A stretch of DNA of 32,000 nt, taken from contig NZ_LT671858.1 in NCBI RefSeq assembly GCF_900083515.1, positions 720,001 to 752,000 of the forward strand, given 5' to 3'. Positions within the stretch are counted from its first letter, which is position 1. Every line of letters begins with the position of its first letter. This DNA is from Cuniculiplasma divulgatum. GTDB lineage: Archaea > Thermoplasmatota > Thermoplasmata > Thermoplasmatales > Thermoplasmataceae. Under the pieces are notes generated by a model. It was not told where the DNA came from and searched no databases. It saw only the letters and a list, made by a program, of their open reading frames with translations. The position numbers and the translations under genes are program-made. Positions 18,115 through 26,769 of this stretch are shown here, in pieces.

Positions 18115-19103
18115 CTTCTCAGCCTCCTCATATTCATCATCATCTTTCGTGCATCTTCAGGATCTTCCTTTCTTATGTCTTTTCCGGTATATTCCAGGAA
18201 AACCTCATCAAGCGTCGGCTTTTGAACCGTTAGTTTCATTGTAGACAACTTGTTGGAAGATATGAAATTTATTATATCTGGAAGTGAATCATCTGAATTT
18301 GCTACTTTAATTCTTACCGTATTTATCCCAGAATCTGATGTATCAATAACACCGGGTATTGTTTTCATCTTCTCAGCCTCTTCTTTTTCCTTGAAAGTTA
18401 TAGTTACAATATCTCCATTGAGCGAAGACTTGAGTTCTGCTGGAGATCCCGTGACGAGAACCTTACCGTGATCGATTATAGAAACTCTGTCAGCAAGAGC
18501 ATCAATTTCCTCCAGATAGTGAGATGTAAGAATTATGGTTACGTCCATTTCTTTCTGAATTTGCCTTACATAATCCCACATCTGTGTCCTTGTCTGGATA
18601 TCAAGACCCAGTGTTGGTTCGTCGAGAAACAGTATCTTTGGGTTATGAACAAGCCCTACTATGAGTTCCAGCCTCTTCCTCATTCCTCCGGAGTAGGTTC
18701 TAACATACCTATTTGCGGCTTCTGTCATATCAACAAGTTCAAGTAGTTTTGGAATTCGTTCTTCATATTCTTCTTTGGGTACATCATAAAACTGAGAAAC
18801 CATCACTAAATTTTCTCTTCCTGTTAGGTCTTCATCTGCAGTAAGGTCCTGTGGAACGACACCAATAGTCTTTCTTACCATAAGGGAGTCTTTCCTTATA
18901 TTATACCCTGCCACTATGGCAGTTCCTTTTGTGCAGGAAATCCTCGTTGTAAGCATATTGATTGTCGTTGTTTTTCCTGCTCCATTTGGTCCTAGAAGAC
19001 CATATATTTCCCCATCTCCAATCTCAATGTTCAAGTCATCAACAGCCTTGATTTTCCCATTATATATCTTGCTCAGGTTATGAGTTTCAATTATGGATTT
19101 CAT
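18111..19103 (-). CDS. ABC transporter ATP-binding protein (DrrA/ABC-2 exporter type)
   Basis: Walker A GPNGAGKTT, Q-loop VPQD, signature YSGGMRKRLE, Walker B ILFLDEPTLGLD, H-loop TSHYLEE. Confidence 0.93.
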   Translation of the reverse strand: MKSIIETHNLSKIYNGKIKAVDDLNIEIGDGEIYGLLGPNGAGKTTTINMLTTRISCTKGTAIVAGYNIRKDSLMVRKTIGVVPQDLTADEDLTGRENLVMVSQFYDVPKEEYEERIPKLLELVDMTEAANRYVRTYSGGMRKRLELIVGLVHNPKILFLDEPTLGLDIQTRTQMWDYVRQIQKEMDVTIILTSHYLEEIDALADRVSIIDHGKVLVTGSPAELKSSLNGDIVTITFKEKEEAEKMKTIPGVIDTSDSGINTVRIKVANSDDSLPDIINFISSNKLSTMKLTVQKPTLDEVFLEYTGKDIRKEDPEDARKMMMNMRRLRR

Positions 19104-19517
19104 TCATTTTTCACTCTCCTTTATTTTTTCAAGAACAGCCATTAACTTAGTTTTCATATCATTAATTTTTGAAGGATCAAAATGGGAATAATCAAAAGTT
19201 TCAATAATATATGTTAAGTTTGCAGTTGTCTCTTCCAGAATATCATTTACATTTTCTGTGCCTATGAGATTTTTTACCATGTCATCGTACTTCTTCATCT
19301 CATTCCTTCCTTCTTCGGTAATGCTGTATCTTCCATCATTGTCCCTTTTCACGAAGCCTTTTTCTTCCATATGTGATAGGGCGGGATATACGCTACCAGG
19401 ACTTGGTCGCCATCTTCCATTTGATTTTCTGGACATTTCTTTAATAATATCAGCACCCTTCAAAGGGCCCTCCGAAATATTCCTCATTATCCAGTAATTT
19501 AACATTCCACCTTTCAT
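19104..19517 (-). CDS. PadR family transcriptional regulator
   Basis: Winged-HTH with PadR hallmarks: LKGADIIKEMS...WRPSPGSVYPALSHMEEKGFVKR. It abuts the ABC ATPase with no gap (19103/19104). Confidence 0.85.
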   Translation of the reverse strand: MKGGMLNYWIMRNISEGPLKGADIIKEMSRKSNGRWRPSPGSVYPALSHMEEKGFVKRDNDGRYSITEEGRNEMKKYDDMVKNLIGTENVNDILEETTANLTYIIETFDYSHFDPSKINDMKTKLMAVLEKIKESEK

Positions 19518-19528
19518 GTCTTTATCAG

Positions 19529-19550
19529 TATCGATTTACGATATATAAAA
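19529..19550 (-). promoter_or_regulatory. Predicted padR-ABC operon promoter: TATA box plus inverted repeat (candidate PadR operator)
   Basis: The minus strand reads TTTTATATAT-CGTAAATCGATACTGATAAAGAC-ATG. TATA lies at about -33..-24 (19541-19550). The inverted repeat TATCG-N5-CGATA (19529-19543) overlaps the TATA 3' end and extends toward the start, consistent with a leaderless transcript. Confidence 0.35.
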
Positions 19551-19771
19551 CATTTTGAAAGTTTTAAGCTTATTATAATATTTAAAAAATAAATTGAAAA
19601 AACCTTCCACACTATTAGAATTTCTATGCATAAACATTCTTTTAGAGAAATTTCCCTATAGGAGTTACTTTTTAGTATGAGTCAGATTCACCTTTTAAGT
19701 AGGTTTACATTTCGTGGAAGAGTAAAAACAATAAGATTTATCTAGTTACAATCATATTACCAACCAAATAA

Positions 19772-20467
19772 ATGAAACTAACTAAGCTGATATTCATCGC
19801 TGCCTTTTCGATCATATGTGTTTTTCTTATTGTTTCAGCGTCTAGCATATATGTATCTGCTGAAAATGATTTGAAAGACATAGAACTTTCATTTGTCAAA
19901 CTTGAGATGACAAACGGAAAATTGACAGCAAGCATGGACGTTTCAGCCAGGAACACAAATGCTCTTCCCTCAACAGTTTCAATATTCAACAACAATCTCA
20001 CAATAAACCCCTATAGCAGTTCAAATTCATTTTTCAACGTTCCCATAAACATTACCTCCCTTACCGCTAAAGGATGGCCAACAGATTCTATTATCTATTA
20101 TGCCAACGCAGTTATATCAGAGTTTCTAAATGGCGTAGGAGTTGCAACCCTTTCCAGGAATATCAGCACTCAGTTACCGTTCCTTTTCACAAACGTTTCC
20201 CTCGTTAAGAGTTCAAATAATAACACCTATACTTTATTCATCAACGATATGATTCCAATTGGGTTATCAGTTATCAAAGTAGGAATGTATATGGGAGAAA
20301 ATTTTCTCGGCAATCTTTCCTTCGCCAATCAATCAGGCAACGTAAGTGGCAATCTTTCTCTTTCAGGGGTTCTAGATAACTCAAACTTACTGGGAAATCT
20401 AAGTTCTGTATTCTTTGATTTTCTTGGTGTAAAATTAAATTTAGCGCAATTCATGGGTAAAAATTGA
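19772..20467 (+). CDS. Secreted or membrane-anchored, sequon-rich protein (hypothetical)
   Basis: N-terminal signal/anchor MKLTKLIFIAAFSIICVFLIVSASS. At least 10 N-x-S/T sequons. C-terminal reiterated GNLS/GNVS motif (LGNLSFANQSGNVSGNLSLSGVLDNSNLLGNLSS). Confidence 0.55.
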   Translation: MKLTKLIFIAAFSIICVFLIVSASSIYVSAENDLKDIELSFVKLEMTNGKLTASMDVSARNTNALPSTVSIFNNNLTINPYSSSNSFFNVPINITSLTAKGWPTDSIIYYANAVISEFLNGVGVATLSRNISTQLPFLFTNVSLVKSSNNNTYTLFINDMIPIGLSVIKVGMYMGENFLGNLSFANQSGNVSGNLSLSGVLDNSNLLGNLSSVFFDFLGVKLNLAQFMGKN

Positions 20468-20470
20468 ACA

Positions 20471-21187
20471 TCAGAATATCTGCCTGCCAAGAAATTTAGT
20501 ATCATTCAATTTATCAAAGATTAACTCTGAGCAAACTCTGCATTCTTTCACTTTGTTTACCTTTATTTTTTGCAATTCCATCAGTGTGGCAGAATAGAAA
20601 TAGAAGTTTTCATCCTTAATACGATCCTGAAAATATCGTAACAGTAAAGAGGTTCCCATAACTGATACTGTACTTGGAACTGGAGGAGAAATCTGGTCCG
20701 CATGGCAGTTTAGAGGAATCATTCTCTTTCCACCTGTAAGGCAATTAAGGCAGGCAGTCTCATCCGGCACAATGAGCATGAATTCGCCAAAATATCCATA
20801 ACTATTGGTCATTATCCATGGAATTTTCTTCATCACGGCATATTCATTTATCAATTCTCTGGTCAGAAATGAGTCGGTAGCTTCAAAGATCAGGTCACTA
20901 TTTCCAAGTATGGCATTAATATTTGATGAATCTACATATTCTCTAACAAAGCTTAACTTCTTATTGATTGAACGATTTTTGATTTTATTGTATACGGTTT
21001 CTGCTTTATTCATACCTAAATCATCCTCATCAAAGAGGGGCTGTCGTTGCAGGTTTGATTGTTCAACAGTGTCACCATCAATCAGTCTTATCTGTGCACC
21101 TAAAGATGATAACAGCGTAGATGCAAGCTGTCCATTACCCCCAAGCCCTATTATAGAAATATTGACACCATTTAAGATTTCTTTCAC
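20471..21187 (-). CDS. ThiF/MoeB/UbaA-type E1-like adenylyltransferase
   Basis: ISIIGLGGNGQ nucleotide loop, LIDGDTVEQSNLQRQPLF, ATDSFLTRELIN, and two CxxC pairs (CLNC, CRVC) for structural Zn. No rhodanese domain (238 aa). Confidence 0.85.
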   Translation of the reverse strand: MKEILNGVNISIIGLGGNGQLASTLLSSLGAQIRLIDGDTVEQSNLQRQPLFDEDDLGMNKAETVYNKIKNRSINKKLSFVREYVDSSNINAILGNSDLIFEATDSFLTRELINEYAVMKKIPWIMTNSYGYFGEFMLIVPDETACLNCLTGGKRMIPLNCHADQISPPVPSTVSVMGTSLLLRYFQDRIKDENFYFYSATLMELQKIKVNKVKECRVCSELIFDKLNDTKFLGRQIF

Positions 21188-21235
21188 TTAAAGAACATAG
21201 AAAAGTAATAAATATAGATTATTTCTAATGCAACA

Positions 21236-22249
21236 ATGAAAGTAGCAGTAGTCAATAAGGTAGGCCAAAATTTGGATATCGAGGAAAGGGGTACGCCAGA
21301 GCCTGGTGCAAATGAAGTAGTTCTGAGACAGGATCTGACTGGTATTTGCTACAGGGATATTCTAACCCGGGATGGGTTCTTTCCCAGGCTTCACACTCCT
21401 ATAGTTCCAGGTCATGAAGTTTCAGGAATAATCGAGAAAGTTGGTTCAGGTGTGGAATATTTTCAGGTTGGTGACAGGGTCACAAGTCTGATTTATGTTC
21501 CCTGTGGTCACTGTTATAACTGTGTTTCTGGAAACGAGAATCTGTGCACAAATAAGAAGACACTTGGAGAGAACATAGATGGTGCATACTCAAAATATGT
21601 TAGGTTAAATCAGAGAAGTCTAGTAAAGGTTCCCAAAGAGGTAACTTCAGAACTGGCAGCAATTTCAGCTTGCGTAACAGGAATGCTTGTAAATGCCCTG
21701 AAGAGGGTTGGTGGAATAACAGAAGGGAGCAGAGTCGTAATAACTGGAGCAGGAGGTGGAGTGGGGACACACGCCATCCAGATAGCAAAGGCATTTGGAG
21801 CAGAAGTTACTGCGGTTACAAGTTCGCAATGGAAAGTTGACTCTCTTTACAAGCTAGGTGCAGATCACGTCATATCTTCAGAGGGGGAGTTCAATAAGAA
21901 AGTAAAGGAAATATGGGCCGATGGGGCCAATATATCCCTGGAGAACACTGGAGATGCAACATTCAACGAAGCATTCAGATCACTTGGATTTGGAGGTAAA
22001 ATGGTCGTTGTCGGCAATCTGAAACCATCCTCACCACCGCTACAGCTTGGAGTGCTTATACTGAAAGGAAACACAATTTCCGGTAATATATCGTCAACAA
22101 GAAAGGATATAATGGATGCACTTGAAATGTCGGCTAAGAAAAAGATCAAAGCTGTGGTTTCAGAAGAGATTTCAATAGACCAGATCAATGAAGCATATGA
22201 AAGGATAAAAGAGAAGAAAAATGTTGGCAGGGTATTTATAAAGTTCTAA
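21236..22249 (+). CDS. Zinc-dependent alcohol dehydrogenase (MDR superfamily)
   Basis: Catalytic-Zn region GICYRD...GHEVSGIIEKVG, structural-Zn loop CGHCYNCVSGNENLC, Rossmann motif ITGAGGGVG. Confidence 0.9.
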   Translation: MKVAVVNKVGQNLDIEERGTPEPGANEVVLRQDLTGICYRDILTRDGFFPRLHTPIVPGHEVSGIIEKVGSGVEYFQVGDRVTSLIYVPCGHCYNCVSGNENLCTNKKTLGENIDGAYSKYVRLNQRSLVKVPKEVTSELAAISACVTGMLVNALKRVGGITEGSRVVITGAGGGVGTHAIQIAKAFGAEVTAVTSSQWKVDSLYKLGADHVISSEGEFNKKVKEIWADGANISLENTGDATFNEAFRSLGFGGKMVVVGNLKPSSPPLQLGVLILKGNTISGNISSTRKDIMDALEMSAKKKIKAVVSEEISIDQINEAYERIKEKKNVGRVFIKF

Positions 22250-22299
22250 ATCAGTCAAAAATTAAGGGGAAACTATCAGGCAGGTGAGTTTATTTATAC

Positions 22300-24996
22300 T
22301 CAACTGTTTTCCATTTCCATCTTTAGCATCTTCTGAAATTCAATGAAAACATTAGATTCGGTGTTCCTTACACTAAGGATGTCTCGAATCATTGAATCGA
22401 CCGACAATTTATAATTAACAAATTTTTCAACGGTCTTCTTTACATCTTCTAATGCTCTCATCTCAATGGTTGGATCGATTCTATCCCATCTTTTTTCTAT
22501 CCTGTTTATATTCACCTTGGTATCTCTCAGACTCAAATATGCAATTTCTGACTCTATCTGTTCCATATCTATTTTATTTTCAAGAGAAAATAGCTTTGCG
22601 TAAAGTGATAGCTGGTTCACATAGTCCCTGTTAACTTTTTTGGAAGTTTTAAAGTCCACAATAACTGTTTTCTCTGTATTTCCTTCAATGTACTTATACA
22701 ATCCATCGATCCTGCCCTCAACAGTAATATTTGTCATAATATCCGGGAAAACGTTACTAACCTTTTGCTTGAATTTCATTTCAGATCCTAACCATTTACC
22801 CTTCTGTATTTCCCTTACGTATTTATCATAGGAAATGAAATTGCTCCACGTTCTGGTAAGCTTTTCGTCATTCATAATTGGTGGTGTCTCATGACTTTTT
22901 ATATAATTTTCTATGTAGCTGTGAATATCACTTCCAAAGGTTAAGGCTGAAGATTTAGTCTGTATTCCTAGCACATATGACTCAACAAATTTATCCAGTT
23001 CCTTGACCCTCTCGAGCATGGTAAAACTCAGGTTATTCAATTTTTCCATTTTCTTTTTCAAATAATCCCTTATCCATGGTTTGAAATTAAGCTTCAATTT
23101 TTCTCTATCGGAAATATCCTTCATACTTACAAATTCATTATTTACTATCTTAGTTGTAAAGTCAATTTTTTTGCATGGTTCTAAATCATATCTCGTTGAA
23201 GATTTTTTCTCAGTTATAATATCAAGAGAATTCTTTGTTCTAGTAAGTGCAACAAAATCTATCCTGTTTTCCTCCTTTATTCTTTCATCCCTACTGTAAC
23301 TCAGATTATTGCTTTTCAGTATGGAATCTACGATAAGATCAATGGCACTTGTATTCTTCTTCTCTGTGTATTTTGGAATGTATATAACGTGATCAAATTC
23401 AAGCCCCTTTGCCTTATGTACGGTAATTATACAGACCTTCTCTGAGATCTCATCAACACTATCCCTTGAATTCTCCTGAAGTATATACTTCTGGAGACTG
23501 GCGAGGGAGTATTCTTCTCCTGTTCCGAATCTATCAAGGAACATGGGAAGAGAGTCAAATACATCCTTGGCAGCCTCAAAGGCTGATTCGCCCAGAGCAA
23601 TAGAATTTGGAATTATATAATCATTGAATAGCTGAAGAAGTTGATTCTTATGATTTCCATATTTTTCCCTTATATCTATCAACTCTCTGGGAAGAACCTT
23701 CTTCAGATCGTTTTCAAATCTCATTCTCTCTGCTATCTGAATACCATCGTATAATGGTATCCTGGAGTAAATTGAATAGATCATTCCAATTATGCTGTCA
23801 GAGGTTCCGTAAATCCCACCGATGAATTTTGAAATTTCCTCTCTCCACAGCTTCTCACCTTTCGTACCAGAAATCTTTTGATGTGAAATATTCTTTAATG
23901 TGAGAGAATCTGAAAGATCATTTGCCTGTTCATTAGTTCTAACAATAATACCTACGGATTCATCATTATTCTGCTTATTCAGAATTTCTGTTACTGCATC
24001 TATCAATTCACCCTTATCTTTCAGCCTGATAAGTGTAACCACCCCATCCTTTTCATTCATGCTCCTGAAATGGTCCAGCTCAGGTGACAGTTCTTCTGGT
24101 TCGTGAGTTCTGTAGAAGTTAATGCAATATTCAACAACATTTTTTGGCAATCTTCTGGTTCCATCTATGACCCTTTTTTCAAAATCTTTCCCGGACATCA
24201 TATCTCTTAAAGCACGAATGTTACCACCCTGGAAACCGAAAATTGCCTGTTTCATGTCTCCAACAGCATACACATTCTCCCCAACCTGCTTTACCAGTTC
24301 ATATTCTATTTCACTCATATCCTGAACTTCGTCAACAAAAACATACTGATATTTATTGAAGTGGGCCTTGGAATAATTTACAGCTCTTAAGAGAATATCG
24401 TTATAATCCATCTGAGATAAATTCTTTGAAGATTCGTAGTCACGGAATATATCTAGAAATCCCTCACATAAGATTTCCATTTCTTCCAGAGTGTAACCAT
24501 TCACTCCATTACCATTGTTATACTCCATCCTTACATTTTTCTTAAGTTCCTCTATATGGACTTTATCTGGTAAAATAGCAAAACTTTTGAGGAACTTTAT
24601 CGCATTCACAATTTGACCTACGTTTACTATTGCCGGATAATCTTTCGATAAAACTTCTCCATCATAATTCATTATCTGTCTTGTTTCAAGAGATTTTAAT
24701 ATCTGATATCTGAGGAATCTTTCAGGTATCAAGTCCCCACCTTCCATTCTATGATTTATTATACTTTGAGATAGGCTATGGAATGTATGAATGTCCGGCA
24801 CCTTATACTTTGTATCCTTCATCTTAAGTATAATCCTTCTTTCCATCTCATCTCTTGCCTTATTTGTGAACGTGAGGCATAAAATATTATCTGAATCTAC
24901 TCCTTCTTGAAGAAGTTTTGAAACCTGATTTGAAAGGTCTTCAGTCTTACCAGACCCAGGATTTGCAGAAACAAGTATCCGTGATTTGCTCATCAT
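22300..24996 (-). CDS. UvrD/PcrA-family SF1 helicase fused to a C-terminal RecB-type PD-(D/E)XK nuclease
   Basis: - Helicase motif I ANPGSGKT (nt 24943-24966, checked by hand).
- Motif Ia LTFTNKARDEM.
- Motif II FVDEVQDMS (DEVQD at nt 24319-24333, checked).
- Motif III VGDMKQAIFGFQGG.
- Motif IV RRLPKN.
- Motifs V/VI ITVHKAKGLEFDHV and FVALTRTKNSL.
- Nuclease (residues ~655-870, nt ~22387-23034): GSDIHSYIE, EGRIDGLY, IVDFKTSK (DFK at nt 22648-22656, checked) and QLSLY (QxxxY).
- No Cas4-like Cys cluster. Confidence 0.9.
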   Translation of the reverse strand: MMSKSRILVSANPGSGKTEDLSNQVSKLLQEGVDSDNILCLTFTNKARDEMERRIILKMKDTKYKVPDIHTFHSLSQSIINHRMEGGDLIPERFLRYQILKSLETRQIMNYDGEVLSKDYPAIVNVGQIVNAIKFLKSFAILPDKVHIEELKKNVRMEYNNGNGVNGYTLEEMEILCEGFLDIFRDYESSKNLSQMDYNDILLRAVNYSKAHFNKYQYVFVDEVQDMSEIEYELVKQVGENVYAVGDMKQAIFGFQGGNIRALRDMMSGKDFEKRVIDGTRRLPKNVVEYCINFYRTHEPEELSPELDHFRSMNEKDGVVTLIRLKDKGELIDAVTEILNKQNNDESVGIIVRTNEQANDLSDSLTLKNISHQKISGTKGEKLWREEISKFIGGIYGTSDSIIGMIYSIYSRIPLYDGIQIAERMRFENDLKKVLPRELIDIREKYGNHKNQLLQLFNDYIIPNSIALGESAFEAAKDVFDSLPMFLDRFGTGEEYSLASLQKYILQENSRDSVDEISEKVCIITVHKAKGLEFDHVIYIPKYTEKKNTSAIDLIVDSILKSNNLSYSRDERIKEENRIDFVALTRTKNSLDIITEKKSSTRYDLEPCKKIDFTTKIVNNEFVSMKDISDREKLKLNFKPWIRDYLKKKMEKLNNLSFTMLERVKELDKFVESYVLGIQTKSSALTFGSDIHSYIENYIKSHETPPIMNDEKLTRTWSNFISYDKYVREIQKGKWLGSEMKFKQKVSNVFPDIMTNITVEGRIDGLYKYIEGNTEKTVIVDFKTSKKVNRDYVNQLSLYAKLFSLENKIDMEQIESEIAYLSLRDTKVNINRIEKRWDRIDPTIEMRALEDVKKTVEKFVNYKLSVDSMIRDILSVRNTESNVFIEFQKMLKMEMENS

Positions 24997-25383
24997 ATTT
25001 CATGATAGTAAGAATAACATTAAGGTTTTTGCCTGTAATATCCCTTCATTATCCACTATAATTTCTGATTTAGAAACAAGTACAGAGCTTAATTAATCAG
25101 ATACTTTAACACGTTCAATTACGCATCATGAGTTGATTCAAAAGTTATAAATTAAACCTTTTATGATATTCATTTTCGCATTTTACATCTAATTCGTTGT
25201 AAAGATTAATTAAGATCGAGAATATAAGAATTTAATGAAGTTAGAATTCTCTAAATTTTTGAGTGGAAAAAATAAGGAGAAATTAGTCAAAAGGCCATAT
25301 TCGATCTGTATGTTTTACCAAACAAATCATTCGGTTAACCAGAGATTTTCCAGTAATAGTTTTATCTATTAATTGGTGGAACA

Positions 25384-26769
25384 ATGGTCGAATCGAGGAA
25401 AGGAATTAGAGAAAGGATTCACAACATAAGGATCAAGAAATATGAATCCTATGAACCATCAATAGAAATTCGTGAAGTGGAATATAACAAGGATGACGGT
25501 ACCCTTAATGTCTTTGTAACTCCGAAGCATAGAAAATATATTAAGAGCATGGAGGTCACAATAAGGGATTATAAACTTCGGGATAGAGTAGTAAAACTCA
25601 AAAAAATTAGAGACGAATTCAGATTATCATACAGACTGGACAATGAGAAAAAGTATAGTTTCTCCTTTTATTCGATTGCCAAAGATGGTAAATTCACTCG
25701 AATGGACATTGATATGGAAAAACTAAAAGAAAATATGAGAATAATAGGTATAGAAGAAAGTCATGCTCCTGAAGAAAATCAATCCATAAATAATGTAGTT
25801 AAGGAAAAGACCCTATCGTCTATGTCTACGGGATCTATATTCACACCTGTGAAAAGATCCTGGCCAACCTCATCACAGTATGCTCAGTCTTTGCAGAACC
25901 CAAACTTTTCTTTATCTAAAAATTATGATGAACTTAAAGGAATAACATTTGAGAAAAACCAGAATGTGAAGTATTCAAGTATTATTCAGGGAGCAGGTAA
26001 TTTTGGTGTGGTCTTCAAATACAGGAGTAATGCTGGAGACTTTGCACTGAAATGCTTCACAAGAGGAAGTCCAAATATTCAACTCAGATATTATGAAGTT
26101 TCCAAAAAAATAAATGATTCACAAATTTCATTCCTTCTTGATTTTAAGTTCTACCAGGATGCATTAAGGGTGACACAACGACCGAAGGAGTATTTTCCAG
26201 CGGTGACTATGAAGTGGATCGAAGGAAAAACTCTTCATACTTTTATAAAAGAGAATTTAGCGAACCATGAAACATTTAAGGCAATCGGAAACAATCTCGT
26301 AAACTGTATCACGGAAATGCAGAACAATTTCATAGCACACGGTGACCTCTCGTGTGATAATATATTGATAGATACAGGTAATAATGTAAAACTTATTGAC
26401 TATGACGGAATGTTTGTTCCAGCCCTTAAAAAACTTGGTTCAGAAGAGCTTGGACATGAATCATTCCAGCATCCAAGGAGGGGCAAATACTACGGAGAAA
26501 GACTTGATAATTTCTCTATACTCATAATATATACCTCATTGATCGCACTTTCAAAAAATCCGAAGTTATGGAAATATAATGGGGACGACCCCGATAAGCT
26601 TCTTTTTGATATTACTGATTTCGAATCTCCAGATCGCTCAAAAGCGTTAAGGGACGTTCAATCTGAAAGTCCAAAATTAAAGAAGCTGGTAAAACTAATA
26701 AATGAATACCTGGGGCAGCCTCCAGACTGGTCAGGTTTTGATCCTTCAACTCTTCTCAGAATGAGATAA
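25384..26769 (+). CDS. Hanks-type Ser/Thr protein kinase with an uncharacterised ~190-aa N-terminal region
   Basis: G-loop QGAGNFGVV (nt 25987-26013), VAIK-type Lys in FALKCF (K at 26050-26052), catalytic loop HGDLSCDN (26338-26361) and DFG-equivalent IDYDG (26398-26409). All were checked against the DNA. I recognise nothing in residues 1-190. Confidence 0.85.
   Translation: MVESRKGIRERIHNIRIKKYESYEPSIEIREVEYNKDDGTLNVFVTPKHRKYIKSMEVTIRDYKLRDRVVKLKKIRDEFRLSYRLDNEKKYSFSFYSIAKDGKFTRMDIDMEKLKENMRIIGIEESHAPEENQSINNVVKEKTLSSMSTGSIFTPVKRSWPTSSQYAQSLQNPNFSLSKNYDELKGITFEKNQNVKYSSIIQGAGNFGVVFKYRSNAGDFALKCFTRGSPNIQLRYYEVSKKINDSQISFLLDFKFYQDALRVTQRPKEYFPAVTMKWIEGKTLHTFIKENLANHETFKAIGNNLVNCITEMQNNFIAHGDLSCDNILIDTGNNVKLIDYDGMFVPALKKLGSEELGHESFQHPRRGKYYGERLDNFSILIIYTSLIALSKNPKLWKYNGDDPDKLLFDITDFESPDRSKALRDVQSESPKLKKLVKLINEYLGQPPDWSGFDPSTLLRMR

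Noticed and set aside
22300-24996. Calling the helicase the canonical nucleotide-excision-repair UvrD.
   Set aside because: The clear C-terminal PD-(D/E)XK (RecB-type) nuclease domain and the absence of uvrABC neighbours argue against plain UvrD. I kept it as a helicase-nuclease fusion.
25235-25372. A 45-codon ORF just upstream of the kinase start.
   Set aside because: It is in a different frame from the kinase, so it is not an N-terminal extension. I recognise no features. I kept it only as a note within the intergenic-region finding.
26756-26769. The 14-nt overlap of the kinase and PP2C 3' ends as a dedicated antisense-regulatory feature of the system.
   Set aside because: Convergent 3' overlaps of 11-92 nt occur at four other unrelated gene pairs in this window. 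The overlap is a genome-wide compaction trait, not evidence of special regulation.
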